Below are positions 40,502-52,632 of a DNA stretch of 64,000 nucleotides, in pieces (position 1 is the stretch's first letter; every line of letters begins with the position of its first letter). A program made the position numbers and the translations under genes. This stretch comes from Candidatus Poribacteria bacterium. Its GTDB lineage: Bacteria; Poribacteria; WGA-4E; WGA-3G. Where the stretch lies: contig OZ251518.1 in NCBI GenBank assembly GCA_965242965.1, forward strand, positions 5,344,001 through 5,408,000, written 5' to 3'. The notes beneath the pieces were generated by a model. It was not told the origin of the DNA. It was given only the letters and a program-made list of their open reading frames with translations, and made no database searches.

Positions 40502-43500
40502 ATGAATATTACGACAAAATACCATAGGAAGACCCCCCCCGCCATCAACGTAAGTTAACAGATTGGATTTTCACCCCAAGTTCGCTGCCTCGCCTTGTCC
40601 TTCTGCTGTGCATCGGCATGCTTCCCTGGCTGGCAATGTCAACCACATACGCCGCAAATATAACAGTTCAACTCGCGGTATCAGGAGACACTGTGGGCGT
40701 AACCGCTGGGGCAGGAACAATAAACGCACGGACCGCGGTGAGTGGTGCGTTTACGCTCACAATCACTTACTCGGAGGAAGTCAACGGGCTCACGAGTAGC
40801 CAGTTTTCTACGTTTCCCGGTGCTGCAGTGAGTGTCACTAGCGGTCCGACGAAAAGTGCCTCCGATGCGAAAATCTGGACAGCGACGATTACCCCATCGA
40901 CAGCAGGCGATTTTCAACTTACAGTGAACAGTGTTGGACTCACACCTGCGGCAGGGAATAAGCAGATCAACTGGGCTCCGACTACACCATTCTATTACGA
41001 CGGCCCCCCGACGTTTGCTGCTGCAACCAGTGCAGTCTCTGTAGCGGAAAACACGCCTACTTCGACAAACCTCGCCACCTTGAACGCCACAGATATCAAC
41101 GGGACTACAATCAGTTATTCCATTACGGGCGGCGTAGATAAGACAAAGTTCCAGATTGCGGACACCAATAAGCTGCGGTTCAGTGCTGTTCTGGATTTTG
41201 AAAGTCCGCAAGATGTGCAGAGCACCACGCCGGTAAATGCGGCAAACAACAACGAATATATCGTTGTCGTGACTGCCTCTAGCACTGCCACCATCACCGG
41301 CGGGGTGAATCCAAACTTTGTCACGCAGATGCAGACGCTGACCGGCACGCAGACGGTGACGGTGACGGTGACGGATGTAACGGCACCGGATACGCCGAGT
41401 GCACCGACTGTGACAGCGGCGACAGCCACGCCGACGCAGTTGAGCGTGAGTTGGACCGCCCCCACTAACACCGGGCGGCCGGCGATATCGGATTACGATG
41501 TGCAGTATCGCGCCGGAACTTCCGGTGGATTCACGGATGCGGGTTTTGATGGCACCGGCACTTCAACAACGTTGACAGGTTTGACACCAGGCACAGCGTA
41601 TCAGGTGCAGGTGCGCGCGACGAATGCCGAGGGAACGAGTGCCTGGTCTAATTCTGGCACGGCGACTACGGCGGCGAACGCTGCGCCGATGTTCACGAGT
41701 AGCACAACGGCATTCGATGTTGCAGAGAATAGCACCACGGTAACGACTGCCACCGCCACCGATAGTGATAGCGGCGATGCTGTGAGTTATGCGATTAGCG
41801 GTGGTGCGGATAGCGCGAAGTTCTCCATCAATACGTCTAGCGGCGCGGTGACATTCGCCTCGGCACCGGATTTTGAAGATGCGCAAGATGTCGTGAGTGC
41901 CGATCCGGCAAATGCGGCGGGGAATAACGAGTATATCGTGACAGTCACGGCATCGAGTGGGACAGGTGGCCGTGCCCTGTCGGTGAGCAAGACGCTCACT
42001 GTCACGGTGACGAATGAGACTGAGGTGCCGTCTGCGCCGACTTCACTGTCGGTGACAGCGGATGATACCACGCCGACAGTGTTGAGCGTGAGTTGGACTG
42101 CGCCGACAAACACCGGCAAGCCGGCAATAACAGGTTACGCTGTGCAGTATCGCGCCGGGACTTCTGGGAGTTTCACGAATCATCCGCACCCCGACACCAC
42201 CACGGAAGCAACGATAACCGGGTTAACGCCGAATACAGCGTATCAGGTGCAGGTAAGTGCGACGAATGCGGACGGCACCGGGGCCGCGGCTACTGAAAGC
42301 GCGACCACGGCGGCGAATGTTGCACCGGTTTTCGACAGTGCCGTGACAACGTTCAGTGTTGCGGAGAATAGCACTACGGTGACAACCGCCTCGGCGACGG
42401 ATGCGGATACGGTGGTTACCGATGTGGTGAGTTATGCGATTAGCGGTGCGGATAGCGCGAAGTTCTCGATTAATGCGTCTAGCGGCGTGGTGACATTCGC
42501 CTCTGCACCGGATTATGAAACGCCGCAAGATGTCGAGAGTGCCGATCCGTCAAATGCGGCGGAGAATAACGAGTATATCGTGACAGTCACGGCATCGAGT
42601 GGTACCGGTGGCCGTGCACTATCGGTGAGCAAGACGCTCACCGTCACCGTTACGGATGTAACAACGGAGGCACCTGGCAAACCTACGCCGCAAGTCACTG
42701 TGACGACAACGACGAGTGTTACCATCAGTTGGAATCCGCCGACGAACACGGGCCCGGCGATTACGGATTACGATGTGCAGTATCGCGCCGGGACTTCTGG
42801 GGTTTTCACGAGTCATGCGCACACCGGCACCGGCACGACAGCAACGATAAGCAGTTTGACTTCGGGGACAGATTACCAGATTCAGGTGCGCGCGACGAAT
42901 GACGAGGGCACTGGCTCCTGGTCTGACGCAATTACGGGGACCCCGCAGGTGAACGTTGCCCCGGTTTTCAGTAGTAGTGCCACGGCATCGGTTGCGGAGA
43001 ATACGGCGGCGAGTGCTGTCGTGCTTACCGTGAGTGCTTCGGATGGCGATGCGCAAGACAGTGTCACGGGGTATACGCTGAGCGGCACGGATAGCGGTGC
43101 GTTCACGTTTGATAGTAGCAGCCGTGTGTTGAAGTTTCGCGCGTCACCGGATTATGAGAATTCGACAGATGTTGCGCATACGTCGCCTGCGCCGACGGAT
43201 GCGGCGAATAACAATGTCTATATCGTTTTGATTACTGCCACAAGTGGTTCGGGTGCGCGTGTGTTGTCAACGACGCAGCGGGTGGCGATTACCGTGGATG
43301 ATGTGATCGAGCCGCCGTCGCGCCCGCCGACCTTTACGGTAGACTCGGCGATTGCGACCCCGACGAAACTCGGTCTGAGTTGGGGTGCGCCTTCGACGAC
43401 AGGCAAGCCGGCGATATCGGGTTACGATGTGGAATATCGCGCCGGGACTTCCGGTACGTTCCTAGATGCGGGTTTCAGTGGCACTGGCACTTCCATGACG

Positions 43501-46500
43501 CTGGCAAATTTGACGCAAGGGACGCTGTATCAGGTTCGGTTGCGTGCGAAGAATGCCGAGGGTATGAGTGGCTGGTATGATGGCAGTGGGACAACTGCGC
43601 CGAACGTTGCACCGATGTTCAGCAGTGGCACAACGGCGTTCCCTTTGAAAGAGAACCGCCAGGCTGTGGGGACAACGGATGCTACCGATGCGGATACGGT
43701 GACTAACGATGTGGTCCGTTATGCGATTAGTGGTGGCGCGGATGGCGCGAAGTTTTTGATTCATGCCGCGACAGGGGCGTTGACATTCATCTCTGCACCG
43801 GATTATGAAACGCCGCAAGACGTGCAAAGCACTGCGCCGGCGAATGCTGCTGGAAATAATGAGTATGTCGTGGTAGTTGAAGCGCAGAGTGGTGCTGGCG
43901 AGCGTCAACTCGCCGTGCAGAAAACGCTCGTGGTGACTGTGGAGAATGTGGATGGCCCTGGAAAGCCGGCTGCCCCGCAAGTGACAGCGATGACACCGAC
44001 TTCGGTGAGCATTAGTTGGAGTGCGCCGGACACGGGGTTGGAGATATCGGATTACGATGTGCAGTATCGGCAAGGGAGGAGTGGTGCATGGAGTGCCTGG
44101 CCTCATACTGGCATCGGCACGACAGCGACGCTCACCGGGTTGACACAGCATGCGGTTTATGAGATTCAGGTGCGCGCGACGAATTCGGAGGGCTCGGGGC
44201 CCTGGTCGGATGCAGTCACGGCGGTACCGCAGGATAACAGGCCGCCGGTGTTCAGCGGTGATACTGTGGTGTTCACGGTGGCAGAAAATACCCCGGCGCG
44301 CACGCCTGTTGTCACTGTCGTTGCGGTTGACGGAGACCCGGCCGATGAAATTACGGGGTATACGCTGAGCGGGACAGATAGCGGTGCCTTCACGTTGGAT
44401 GCGCGCAGCGGTGTCTTGCGGTTTCGTGTATCGCCAGATTTTGAGAATCCGTTAGATGTTGCGCATACGTCACCTGCGCCGGCAGATGCGGCGGGCAACA
44501 ACACCTATATTGTCTTCGTCACGGCGACGAGTGGGACAGGCGGGCGCGCGCTGACAAAGACGCAGCGTCTCACGATTACCGTTACCGCTGTCGACGATAT
44601 GTCCGTCGGGCTGGTGCTTGAGAGTTCGGTTGCGCTGACAGAAGGAAGACGCGTGACAAGTGAACCGAGTTGGACAGTGACGTTCGATTTCTCGATGCCC
44701 CTGGCCGCCGTTGGAGATGGGGCGTTTAGCGTCTCAGATATCAATGTCAGCGTCAGTGGTGGCGCGGGGACAGCGACGTTCGGCGAGTTGACCCGTGCTG
44801 AACCGGCGGATGCGCGTTATACGGTGCCTGTCACCGTGAGCGCGGAAGGCACCTACACGTTCCAAGTGAAAAGCGGCAGTGTTGCCACGGCCACCGGCGA
44901 TACTTATGGCGGTGCCGCCTCGCCGTTGGTGGTGATTTACAATACGCCGCCGGTGATAACCGATGTCACCGTGGTGCCGCCCCCGGCGACAGGGTATATC
45001 GTGGGGAGCGAACTGTCCCTTGAGTTGACATTTGACGATGACAATGTGGATATCCCTGCGAACGTGGATATTACAAATCGGCCGTATATCGTCCTCTATT
45101 TAGGTGAGCGCACGGCGGCGAATCAGCGGCGCGCCTATTGGCAGTCGGCGCGGGATGCGAATTCCACCATTGTCACGTTTGCCTATGAAGTGCAATCAGG
45201 TGATGTTGCGAACGTGGTCCATTGGGAGCCGCGTCTCGTCGTGCCGGAGACTGCACCCATCACGAATGGCGTGAGCGCGATAGTGACAGGCGAGCCAGAT
45301 GACACCCGCGGGGTGCCCGTATCGGATACTGCAGGTATCGTCGTGTTTCCGGGGGAGACGACGCAACCTGCGCCGGGTCAGCCGCAGGAGCCGGTTGCGC
45401 CGTTAACGCAGGAAGTGCCCGTGCTGGGCGCGCCTGTAGTATTTCTGCCGCCAGAGACAGTGCAGCCTGTGAAACCAACGCAGATTTCGCGCACACCGTT
45501 GATTTTCAACGAACTCGGCAACGGTGCCGCGGGTGCCAACGAGTGGCTGGAACTCCGGAACGTCACGGCGGAGGCGGTGCCGCTGAAAAACTGGGGTATC
45601 AGCATCGTCACCGATGCGAAGAAAGTAGACAAACCTTTGGTGAGATTTCCATCGGATGCGGCGTTTAGTGTGCCGCCGAATGGCATTTTGCTCATCACGC
45701 GGCGGTCCCCGGAGAAAACACGGCTTGCAGGCGGGATTGACATCGCGAACCCCGGCAAGACAGGTGCAGTGCATCACTATTTCGTCGCGCCTGAGTTGAC
45801 GCTGCCCGATGATGGACAGTTCCTCTTGATTCTTCGCAATGCGAAGGGGAAACTCGGCAAAGGCGAGAATGTGATTGATGTCGCTGGCGGCGGCGGTCCC
45901 GATACGGATGCCTTTATCGCCGACAAAGGCGACGCGTTCCAGACAGACATCTGGCCCTTGCAAGCGACAGCGCATCCCCGTGAGGACACCGAGGGAACTC
46001 TTGGAGAAGGCAAAGTATGGCGACGCGCGAAGGCGGATAGCGTCGGATACCACAAAGATGCTTGGACACAAGCCGCCTACACCGGAGTCGGCTATGACAG
46101 GGTGACAGAGACCTCACCGGCGACAGCCGGCACACCCGGCTATCCCAACGATGCCGTGAAACCGGTGGCAGCCACACCGAAGGGCAGTGTCACCTTCAGT
46201 GAACTCATGGTGGATTCAGCCGGCGGCAAACTGCCGCAGTGGATTGAGTTGTATAATGCCTCCAAAACGGAAGCACTGAACCTCAACCGCTGGAAACTGG
46301 AAATCCAGAATGTGGATTCTGAGGACTTAGTCGGCAGACCTGTTGTCACCTTAACGCTGAAGGAAAAAATAATTCAACCGAATCAGACGCTCTTAATTGT
46401 CGCGGGGGATGCGCGTGCATCGTCAGCAGATGTCTTTCCTGCCGCGCGCGTCTACAACCTGCTCACCCTGCACGAGAAGAATCTGCGCATCAAAACGGCG

Positions 46501-47172
46501 CGGGATACCTTCTTAAGTGCCGAGGGGTTCACGTTGAAACTGCGGGATAGCGACGGGCAGTTAGTGGACGAAGTCGGGAACACCGATGGAAATCGCAGGA
46601 CGCGCGATGCGCCGGCATGGCAATTCCCGTTCGCCCCGGTTGAATCGGGACGGAGTTCCCTGATTCGGCGTTATGACAAAGGGACTGCCGAAGATGGCAA
46701 GGCGCGAGAAGGTTGGGTGCTGGCGGCGAACATCACTCGTTTCAGTGCTGATGTCGCTTATGGTCACAAGGACGACAAAGGCACGCCGGGATACCGTGAA
46801 GGCGGCGCATTGCCAGTGGAGTTATCCCGTTTCTCGATGACGCGCAATGAAGCCGGTGCGGTTGTGTTGACATGGACGACCGAATCGGAAGTCGACAACG
46901 CGGGATTCAACCTGCGCCGCAGTTTGGAACGCGATAGCGGTTTCACGCTTTTGAATTCCGCCTTAATCGCCGGTGCCGGCACGACGGGTGAGCGTCAGAC
47001 GTATACGTTCACGGATACGTCTGCGAAACCGGGGGTTGAGTATTACTATCAGATTGAAGAAGTTGCGTCTGATGGTAAGCCGGCGACGTTAGCGATGCGT
47101 CTGTTGCGCGGTTCCGTGTCTGCGTCAAATCGGATGCTGACCACGTTCGGTGAAGTGAAACAGCAAAAATAG
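40502..47172 (+). CDS. Giant surface adhesin (Ig-like, 6 cadherin alternating with 5 FN3, 2 lamin-tail-like domains); start/signal peptide out of frame at a C8 tract
   Basis: Cadherin motifs (VAEN, D.D, PD(F/Y)E), FN3 motifs (SWTAP, YDVQYR, Y.VQVRATN), LTD-like FNEL..EWLELRN / FSELM..QWIELYN. SD+ATG at 40502 joins the 40618 frame only if C8 (40533-40540) becomes C9 or C6. Confidence 0.85.
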
Positions 47173-47185
47173 CCGTTCTTCTCAC

Positions 47186-47830
47186 CGTAGCGCGGGGGCC
47201 TGTTTCCCGCGATCTCTCGGTTGAGACGAAAACCGCCGCTGCCACCGTAGCGCGATGGCCTGTCCTCCGCGCAGGGGCTCCTCCTCTGTAGTTCAGGATC
47301 GCCTGATCCTGAACTGTTTGCGATCAGGCGATCGCAAACTACAGAACGGAATAACGCAAACCGCCTGTTCACCGTAGCGCGGGGGCCTGTCCCTCGCGAT
47401 CGTCCAAGTCTGAAGCAGGATTTTCAAGATTTTTCAAGATTTTCAGGATAAGAGTCTGCTGCATCGTCGTGCACGGCATGGCGGGGGACAGGCCCCCGCC
47501 CTACGATAACAGAACCGCCTTTTCACCGTAGCGCGAGGGCCTGTCCCTCGCGAGGCTCCGGTCGAGACGAAAACCGCCGCCTCCACCGTAGCGCGAGGGC
47601 CTGTCCCTCGCGATCGTTCAAGTGTCTGAAGCAGGATTTTCAAGATTTTTCAAGATTTTCAGGATAAGAGAGCTGCTGCATCGTCGTGCGCGGCCTGGCG
47701 GGGGACAGGCCCCCGCCCTATGGTAAGAGAGGCCGTTCTGGATACCGTAGCGCGGGGGCCTGTCCCCCGAGATCCCCCGGTCAAGACAAAAACCGCCGCT
47801 GCCACCGTATCGCGAGGGCCTGTCCTTCCG
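47186..47830. repeat. REP-like composite array downstream of the adhesin
   Basis: Same modules as 39790-40350 in the same orientation; CAGGATTTT block at ~47415 and ~47631. Confidence 0.9.
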
Positions 47831-47832
47831 CA

Positions 47833-48807
47833 TTACATCGGCAGCGCAACCTTCGTTTTTTCCCGCGCCGATTGATAGGTTGCTAATACGACTTCCACCG
47901 CATGCCTTCCGCCTCTGCCATCGATGAGCGGCGGTTTGTCATCGCGGATGCACTCTACAAAATGTGTCAACTCGCCGATGACACCGCGCGGACCGGAACG
48001 GTCTGGCACTATTTCCTCCCAGCCGGAACTCCCCATTTTCTTGAGATAGGCAATATCTTCGCGCATATCTAAACGGAGAGAGCCCTTTGAGCCGTCAATG
48101 ATAGTTTCATTCGTGCCGCGCGCACCGAGGAAGCCACCCCACCGCAGAATTCCAACTGCCCCCGAATCGTAACGTATCAGCGAGACGGTGTAATCCTCCC
48201 AATCGTCATACCCAGAGAAACTGCCTACCTCTGCCGCGACGGTGAGCGCGGTGCCGCCGAACCAGTTAACCAGGTCTGACTTATGGATGCCGTTTTCTAA
48301 CAATCCGCCGACGGTGCCATACCAACTATCGGGACGAGTGCGCGGCGCGTTATAGGGCCCCGTGTAATCCGTCTCAATATAGACGATGTCGCCGATCTCG
48401 CCTGCATCGATGAGTTGTTTGCCGAGGACATGGACAGGATAGAAGCGCAGCACCTGTCCCACCATCAGATGCGTGCCAGCCGTGTCGCATGCGTCAATCA
48501 TCGCGTCCGCTTCGGCGAGCGTCAATGAAAGCGGTTTTTCGCAGAACGCATGCACGCCGGCCTGCGCCGCGGCGATGACTACCTCAGTATGCGCCACGGG
48601 CGGCGTTGCAACGACGACACCGTCAACAATCTTTAGCAATTCTTGATAGTCGCGGAACGCGCGAATCTGATGTTTCTCCGCGATGGCTTGCGCCGCTTCC
48701 AACCGTAAGTCAGCGACACCGACAAATTCACAATTTTCGACGTTCGGGAGAGAGTTGCAATGCGAGCCGCCCATCCCCCCAACACCGATAATACCTATCC
48801 GAATCAT
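47833..48807 (-). CDS. Gfo/Idh/MocA oxidoreductase
   Basis: IGIIGVGGMG, CEKPL, GGLLENGIH. Confidence 0.93.
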   Translation of the reverse strand: MIRIGIIGVGGMGGSHCNSLPNVENCEFVGVADLRLEAAQAIAEKHQIRAFRDYQELLKIVDGVVVATPPVAHTEVVIAAAQAGVHAFCEKPLSLTLAEADAMIDACDTAGTHLMVGQVLRFYPVHVLGKQLIDAGEIGDIVYIETDYTGPYNAPRTRPDSWYGTVGGLLENGIHKSDLVNWFGGTALTVAAEVGSFSGYDDWEDYTVSLIRYDSGAVGILRWGGFLGARGTNETIIDGSKGSLRLDMREDIAYLKKMGSSGWEEIVPDRSGPRGVIGELTHFVECIRDDKPPLIDGRGGRHAVEVVLATYQSAREKTKVALPM

Positions 48808-48820
48808 GTTGAATCCTCCT

Positions 48821-49516
48821 TTATTTCGCTTGCGATTTTCGCGTTTTCACCAGCCAGACGACAGCTGAGATTGTAACCACGAGCGCGATGCCCCACATCA
48901 TCAACTTGACATGCGCCGATGCCTTTTCGCCGAGATAAGAGTAGACGAGGGTTGCCGGCAGTTGGCCGATGCCGGTGGCTATCCAAAATCCGATGAACCT
49001 GATGCGCGTCAATCCCGCTGCGTAACTAACGGCATCGAACGAGATGACCGGGACTAAACGCGCAATGAGAATGGCATGGGTGCCGTATTTTTCAAAAAAC
49101 CGGTCCGCCTTCTCCGCTGCGCGTCTTCCGACTATCCGTGCAACGCGCTCGGGTCCGACAATGCGGGAAATGTAGAAGGCGATGGTGGCACCGAGCATGG
49201 CACTGCTCCACGACAAGAGTGTGCCGCGCCAAAAGCCGAATATCGCGCCGTTCGCGAACGTAATGACGAACGCCGGTAGCGGTGCGATGACGCTCTGAAA
49301 TACCATCAGCAGTGCCGAGATAGCAGGGCCCCAGGCACCGAAACTTTCAATATACGCGCGCGCTGTCTCAATGCTCTGGAAAGCGGCTCTCATCTGTATC
49401 AGATACGCCCAGAAATTTCTGTAGTTGAAAGCAGCCCAGAGCAGCGCAGCTGCCACCACGAGGACTATCAAAAGGTTACGTAAAAATCTGGGATTTTCGC
49501 GAAGTTTTTTTAACAT
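48821..49516 (-). CDS. TVP38/TMEM64 (DedA-like) membrane protein
   Basis: QSVIAPLPAF, ARLVPVISFDAVSYAAGLT. Confidence 0.92.
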   Translation of the reverse strand: MLKKLRENPRFLRNLLIVLVVAAALLWAAFNYRNFWAYLIQMRAAFQSIETARAYIESFGAWGPAISALLMVFQSVIAPLPAFVITFANGAIFGFWRGTLLSWSSAMLGATIAFYISRIVGPERVARIVGRRAAEKADRFFEKYGTHAILIARLVPVISFDAVSYAAGLTRIRFIGFWIATGIGQLPATLVYSYLGEKASAHVKLMMWGIALVVTISAVVWLVKTRKSQAK

Positions 49517-49562
49517 TCTTCCTCGTGGTGCGCGTTATTGATTTCGTTTGATACAGGCTGCG

Positions 49563-50960
49563 TTAACCCATTCGTGCCATGCGCTCACCAATGACTCGCA
49601 TCGCATCGGGGAGTTGCCCGCGACGTTGCGGCGATGGTTTGGCGCGCGCAGCGTTAATGTATGCATGAGGGACTAGGCGTTCCTCAAATCGGTTATAGAA
49701 TGTTACGGTGGTATCTGCATCCGTTTCATAGATAGGCGGCGGCAGCCCGAGTTTCTCCATCTCTTGCCGCATTTTTCGGGTGCCTTCACTCAGTGCTCGC
49801 ACCAGCGGCTCGCCTCGTTCATCCTTCATCAAACGCATCCATTCAGCAATTATTGAATTGCGCAAGACAGATGGGAGTTCGACATCAGCAAGGCTGAAAT
49901 GCCGGGGTACTTCTTGTGGAATGCTCCCAGGATTTGTCACCACCAAGCCATCTTTATAGGCAATATAGTGGATGGGGTTGGTGGCCCCATAGTCCTTGTG
50001 AATGGCGGCATTAACGAGTGCTTCGTCAAGCACAAATAGCGGATACTCGGGGTCTTCGATAAATCCCGCATTATCACTCCGCCTTATGATAGTCCGAAAC
50101 AGTGCCGAATCCCTGAAAAAGGTTCGTAGTTTCCGAATGAGGGTGGGTAGAGGCCCATCAAAATCCTTATCAAACGTTGTCGCGCCGCGGTTTCGGGCCT
50201 CGCCGACAGGGACTTCAAAGCGCAGCACTCTGACGAACGCACTCGCTAGCCGCCGCCGCGGATAGTCCGCGAAAAAGAGGTAACCTGCGTTTGTGAACGC
50301 GTAGCCCCCATCACGACGCGTGATGGCACCGATATTCAGGAGAAGTTCCTCTGTGCTATAATCAAACTGCGCGCCTCTCTCGGCGAGGAAAATGGACTTA
50401 AACTCCTCAAGCACGTCTTTATCCAGTTCTTCCGGATGATAGGGGCCGCAGGGCAACGTTTCAAAGTCAATTACGCCTTTGTCCCGTTGTAGCCTATCGC
50501 GTAAAAATGGCCGCAGCGGGAGGCTCTGTGCTCCTACCCGACACCAAGATCTCGGGAAATCTGCGCGCGTCTCGCAGATAGCATCCGGTGTCCAATACGT
50601 GTAGAAGAGATGTAATCGGTTTCCTTCCGATACCGGCACATCCACAACCTGCATCTCCGTGGCGTGGTTGTCTAAATCGTGCAACGCCTGCAGGATACCG
50701 TTCATCGTCTGTTCATCAACGTGCTGCGTGCCGGTGAGCGTTCCATCGTCAGCGATGCCGAGCACCAGAAGCCCGCCGGCGCGGTTGCTATTCGCGAACG
50801 AAGAGATGCATCGCCGAATACGCTCTTTTAACGCGTTAATCTGGTTCCGCGTCTCAATTCGGATTTCTTTTCGCTCGAAATACTGCCCCTCAAAATCAGC
50901 GGATTGTAGGAAATCCAGATGAGACAACGGGGCATCAAATATCTCTCTCGGGTCTGCCAT
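49563..50960 (-). CDS. Schlafen/AlbA_2 domain + HATPase_c_4 (RecG C-terminal-like) protein
   Basis: EGQYFERK, ISSFANS..GGLLVLGIADDG, EALVNAAIHKDY, NPG, RNSIIA, EGT. Confidence 0.85.
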   Translation of the reverse strand: MADPREIFDAPLSHLDFLQSADFEGQYFERKEIRIETRNQINALKERIRRCISSFANSNRAGGLLVLGIADDGTLTGTQHVDEQTMNGILQALHDLDNHATEMQVVDVPVSEGNRLHLFYTYWTPDAICETRADFPRSWCRVGAQSLPLRPFLRDRLQRDKGVIDFETLPCGPYHPEELDKDVLEEFKSIFLAERGAQFDYSTEELLLNIGAITRRDGGYAFTNAGYLFFADYPRRRLASAFVRVLRFEVPVGEARNRGATTFDKDFDGPLPTLIRKLRTFFRDSALFRTIIRRSDNAGFIEDPEYPLFVLDEALVNAAIHKDYGATNPIHYIAYKDGLVVTNPGSIPQEVPRHFSLADVELPSVLRNSIIAEWMRLMKDERGEPLVRALSEGTRKMRQEMEKLGLPPPIYETDADTTVTFYNRFEERLVPHAYINAARAKPSPQRRGQLPDAMRVIGERMARMG

Positions 50961-51020
50961 TTAAGAATCCCTCATGTTATCGCAAACGGGTGGACATCGC
51001 CAAAAATCGTATCTAACAAC

Positions 51021-51625
51021 GAGACTGTTTCATAAATCCGTTTCGGCATTTATCCCCCCCGAATATCGAGTCCTCTTGGTAGGAGAGACCTCCCGGTCTC
51101 GATGCAATAGGGCGGGCCGCCTACCAGGGCTGCGGCGGCAGAAAGCCCCCTTCATCGTAGGGCTTGGGCCCTCGGATGCCACACGCGCATGCGAGCGGGT
51201 TTCCTTCGCCATCGTCTGCGCACTCCAACGCTCGCGGGGGACAGGCCCCCGCGCTACGGTGAAAAACGTCTCTCCTTTCTCTTCAGGTCCTTTAGGTCCT
51301 GCATGTCTATAGCACGCGCGCCCGCGAAGAGCCCTAAGGTCCTTTAGGTCCTTAATGGATTTTGCTGCGCTGCGTGTTTTCCTACTAAGGTCCTAACGGA
51401 CCTTGAAAACGGGCTGACACGTGTTCTATAGACATTAAGGACCTAACGGACCTAAAACGCCCCTCTTGGTGATGGCGATCGCGGGGGACGGGCCCCCGCG
51501 CTACGGAAAAATCGAGACCGGGAGGTCTCTCATACCTCTTTTGAGACTGGGAGGTCTCTCCTACGAGGGATAATCGAGACCAGGAGGTCTCTCCTACCGA
51601 ACGCATCGATTTATGAAACACCCTC
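51021..51625. mobile_element. MITE-like composite element with TIRs and REP cargo
   Basis: Left GAGACTGTTTCATAAATC, right GATTTATGAAACACCCTC; interior of GTAG hairpins and the AGGACCTA inverted-repeat module. Confidence 0.8.
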
Positions 51626-51678
51626 ATCTTAAACGTTCCACACCCGTGCTGTAGAAAATTCAAATTTTTCAAGCGGCG

Positions 51679-52623
51679 TTAAACCGTTTCGGTTTTTGCC
51701 TGCTGGAGCAGCGCGTGGTTCATCCTGTCGTGCAGTTCCCGCAGGTTTTCATCGTTCCACTTGTAAAAGCCTTCCTGGGATTTCACACCCAGTTTGCCTG
51801 CCTCCACCATTTCTCGGAGCAGAGGATTGATTTCTGGGGAGTTGTTCAATTCCCGATAGAGTTCTTCAAAAGCGGCAAGCACTAAGTCCCAGCCCGCGAG
51901 CTCAAAGACTTCAAACGGACCGGCGATGCTCAACCGCCGTCCGAAACTATTCCGCACGACAATATCTACGGTTTCCGCGCTCGCGATGCCTTGCTCCACG
52001 ATGAAAATCGCCTCCCGAATTAAGGCGGCTTGCAAGCGAGGCCCGACGAAACCGAGTGACTCTCTCTCCAAAATCGCTGGCGTTTTACCGACGCGCGTCA
52101 AGAGTGCCGCTGTCACTGAAACCGTCTCATCGGACGTTTCGGGACTCCGAATCAATTCCACTAACGGAATCAGATACGGTGGGTTAAAATAGTGCGTGTT
52201 AAGAATCTTATCCTGTCGTTTCGCCTGCGCGCCGATTTGACTCGGCATGAGTGCTGTCGTGTTGCTCGCCAAAATTGTGTGCGGCTGGCACATTGCGTCC
52301 AATGCCGCGAAAATCTGCTGTTTCAGTGGCAAATTCTCGGTAACCGCCTCCACGACAAAATCGGCGTTTTCAGTTACCGCCGCTAAGTCGGTGGTAGTCT
52401 GAATACGTTGTTGCGTTGGCGCAATCTTCTCTGCTGTGATAACCCCGTTTTCGGCGAGCAGATGCAAATTTTTTTCAATTTGCGCCTGCGCTGTCGCAAG
52501 TTTTTCATCGGTTACGTCGTGCAGATGCACGGTATAACCAGCGGTTGCGAATTCCTGCGCGATGCCGTGCCCCATGAGCCCGGCACCGATCACCGCTATG
52601 TGTGAAATTTCGTCAAGAGTCAT
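51679..52623 (-). CDS. 3-hydroxyacyl-CoA dehydrogenase family
   Basis: VIGAGLMGHGIA, VEAVTENL, ASNT, HYFNPP..PLVE. Confidence 0.93.
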   Translation of the reverse strand: MTLDEISHIAVIGAGLMGHGIAQEFATAGYTVHLHDVTDEKLATAQAQIEKNLHLLAENGVITAEKIAPTQQRIQTTTDLAAVTENADFVVEAVTENLPLKQQIFAALDAMCQPHTILASNTTALMPSQIGAQAKRQDKILNTHYFNPPYLIPLVELIRSPETSDETVSVTAALLTRVGKTPAILERESLGFVGPRLQAALIREAIFIVEQGIASAETVDIVVRNSFGRRLSIAGPFEVFELAGWDLVLAAFEELYRELNNSPEINPLLREMVEAGKLGVKSQEGFYKWNDENLRELHDRMNHALLQQAKTETV

Positions 52624-52632
52624 TTTTGGTTC

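Noticed and set aside
51011-51634. Target-site duplication for the 51 kb element
   Set aside because: Flanks ATCTAACAAC and ATCTTAAAC are only loosely similar, so a TSD is not claimed.
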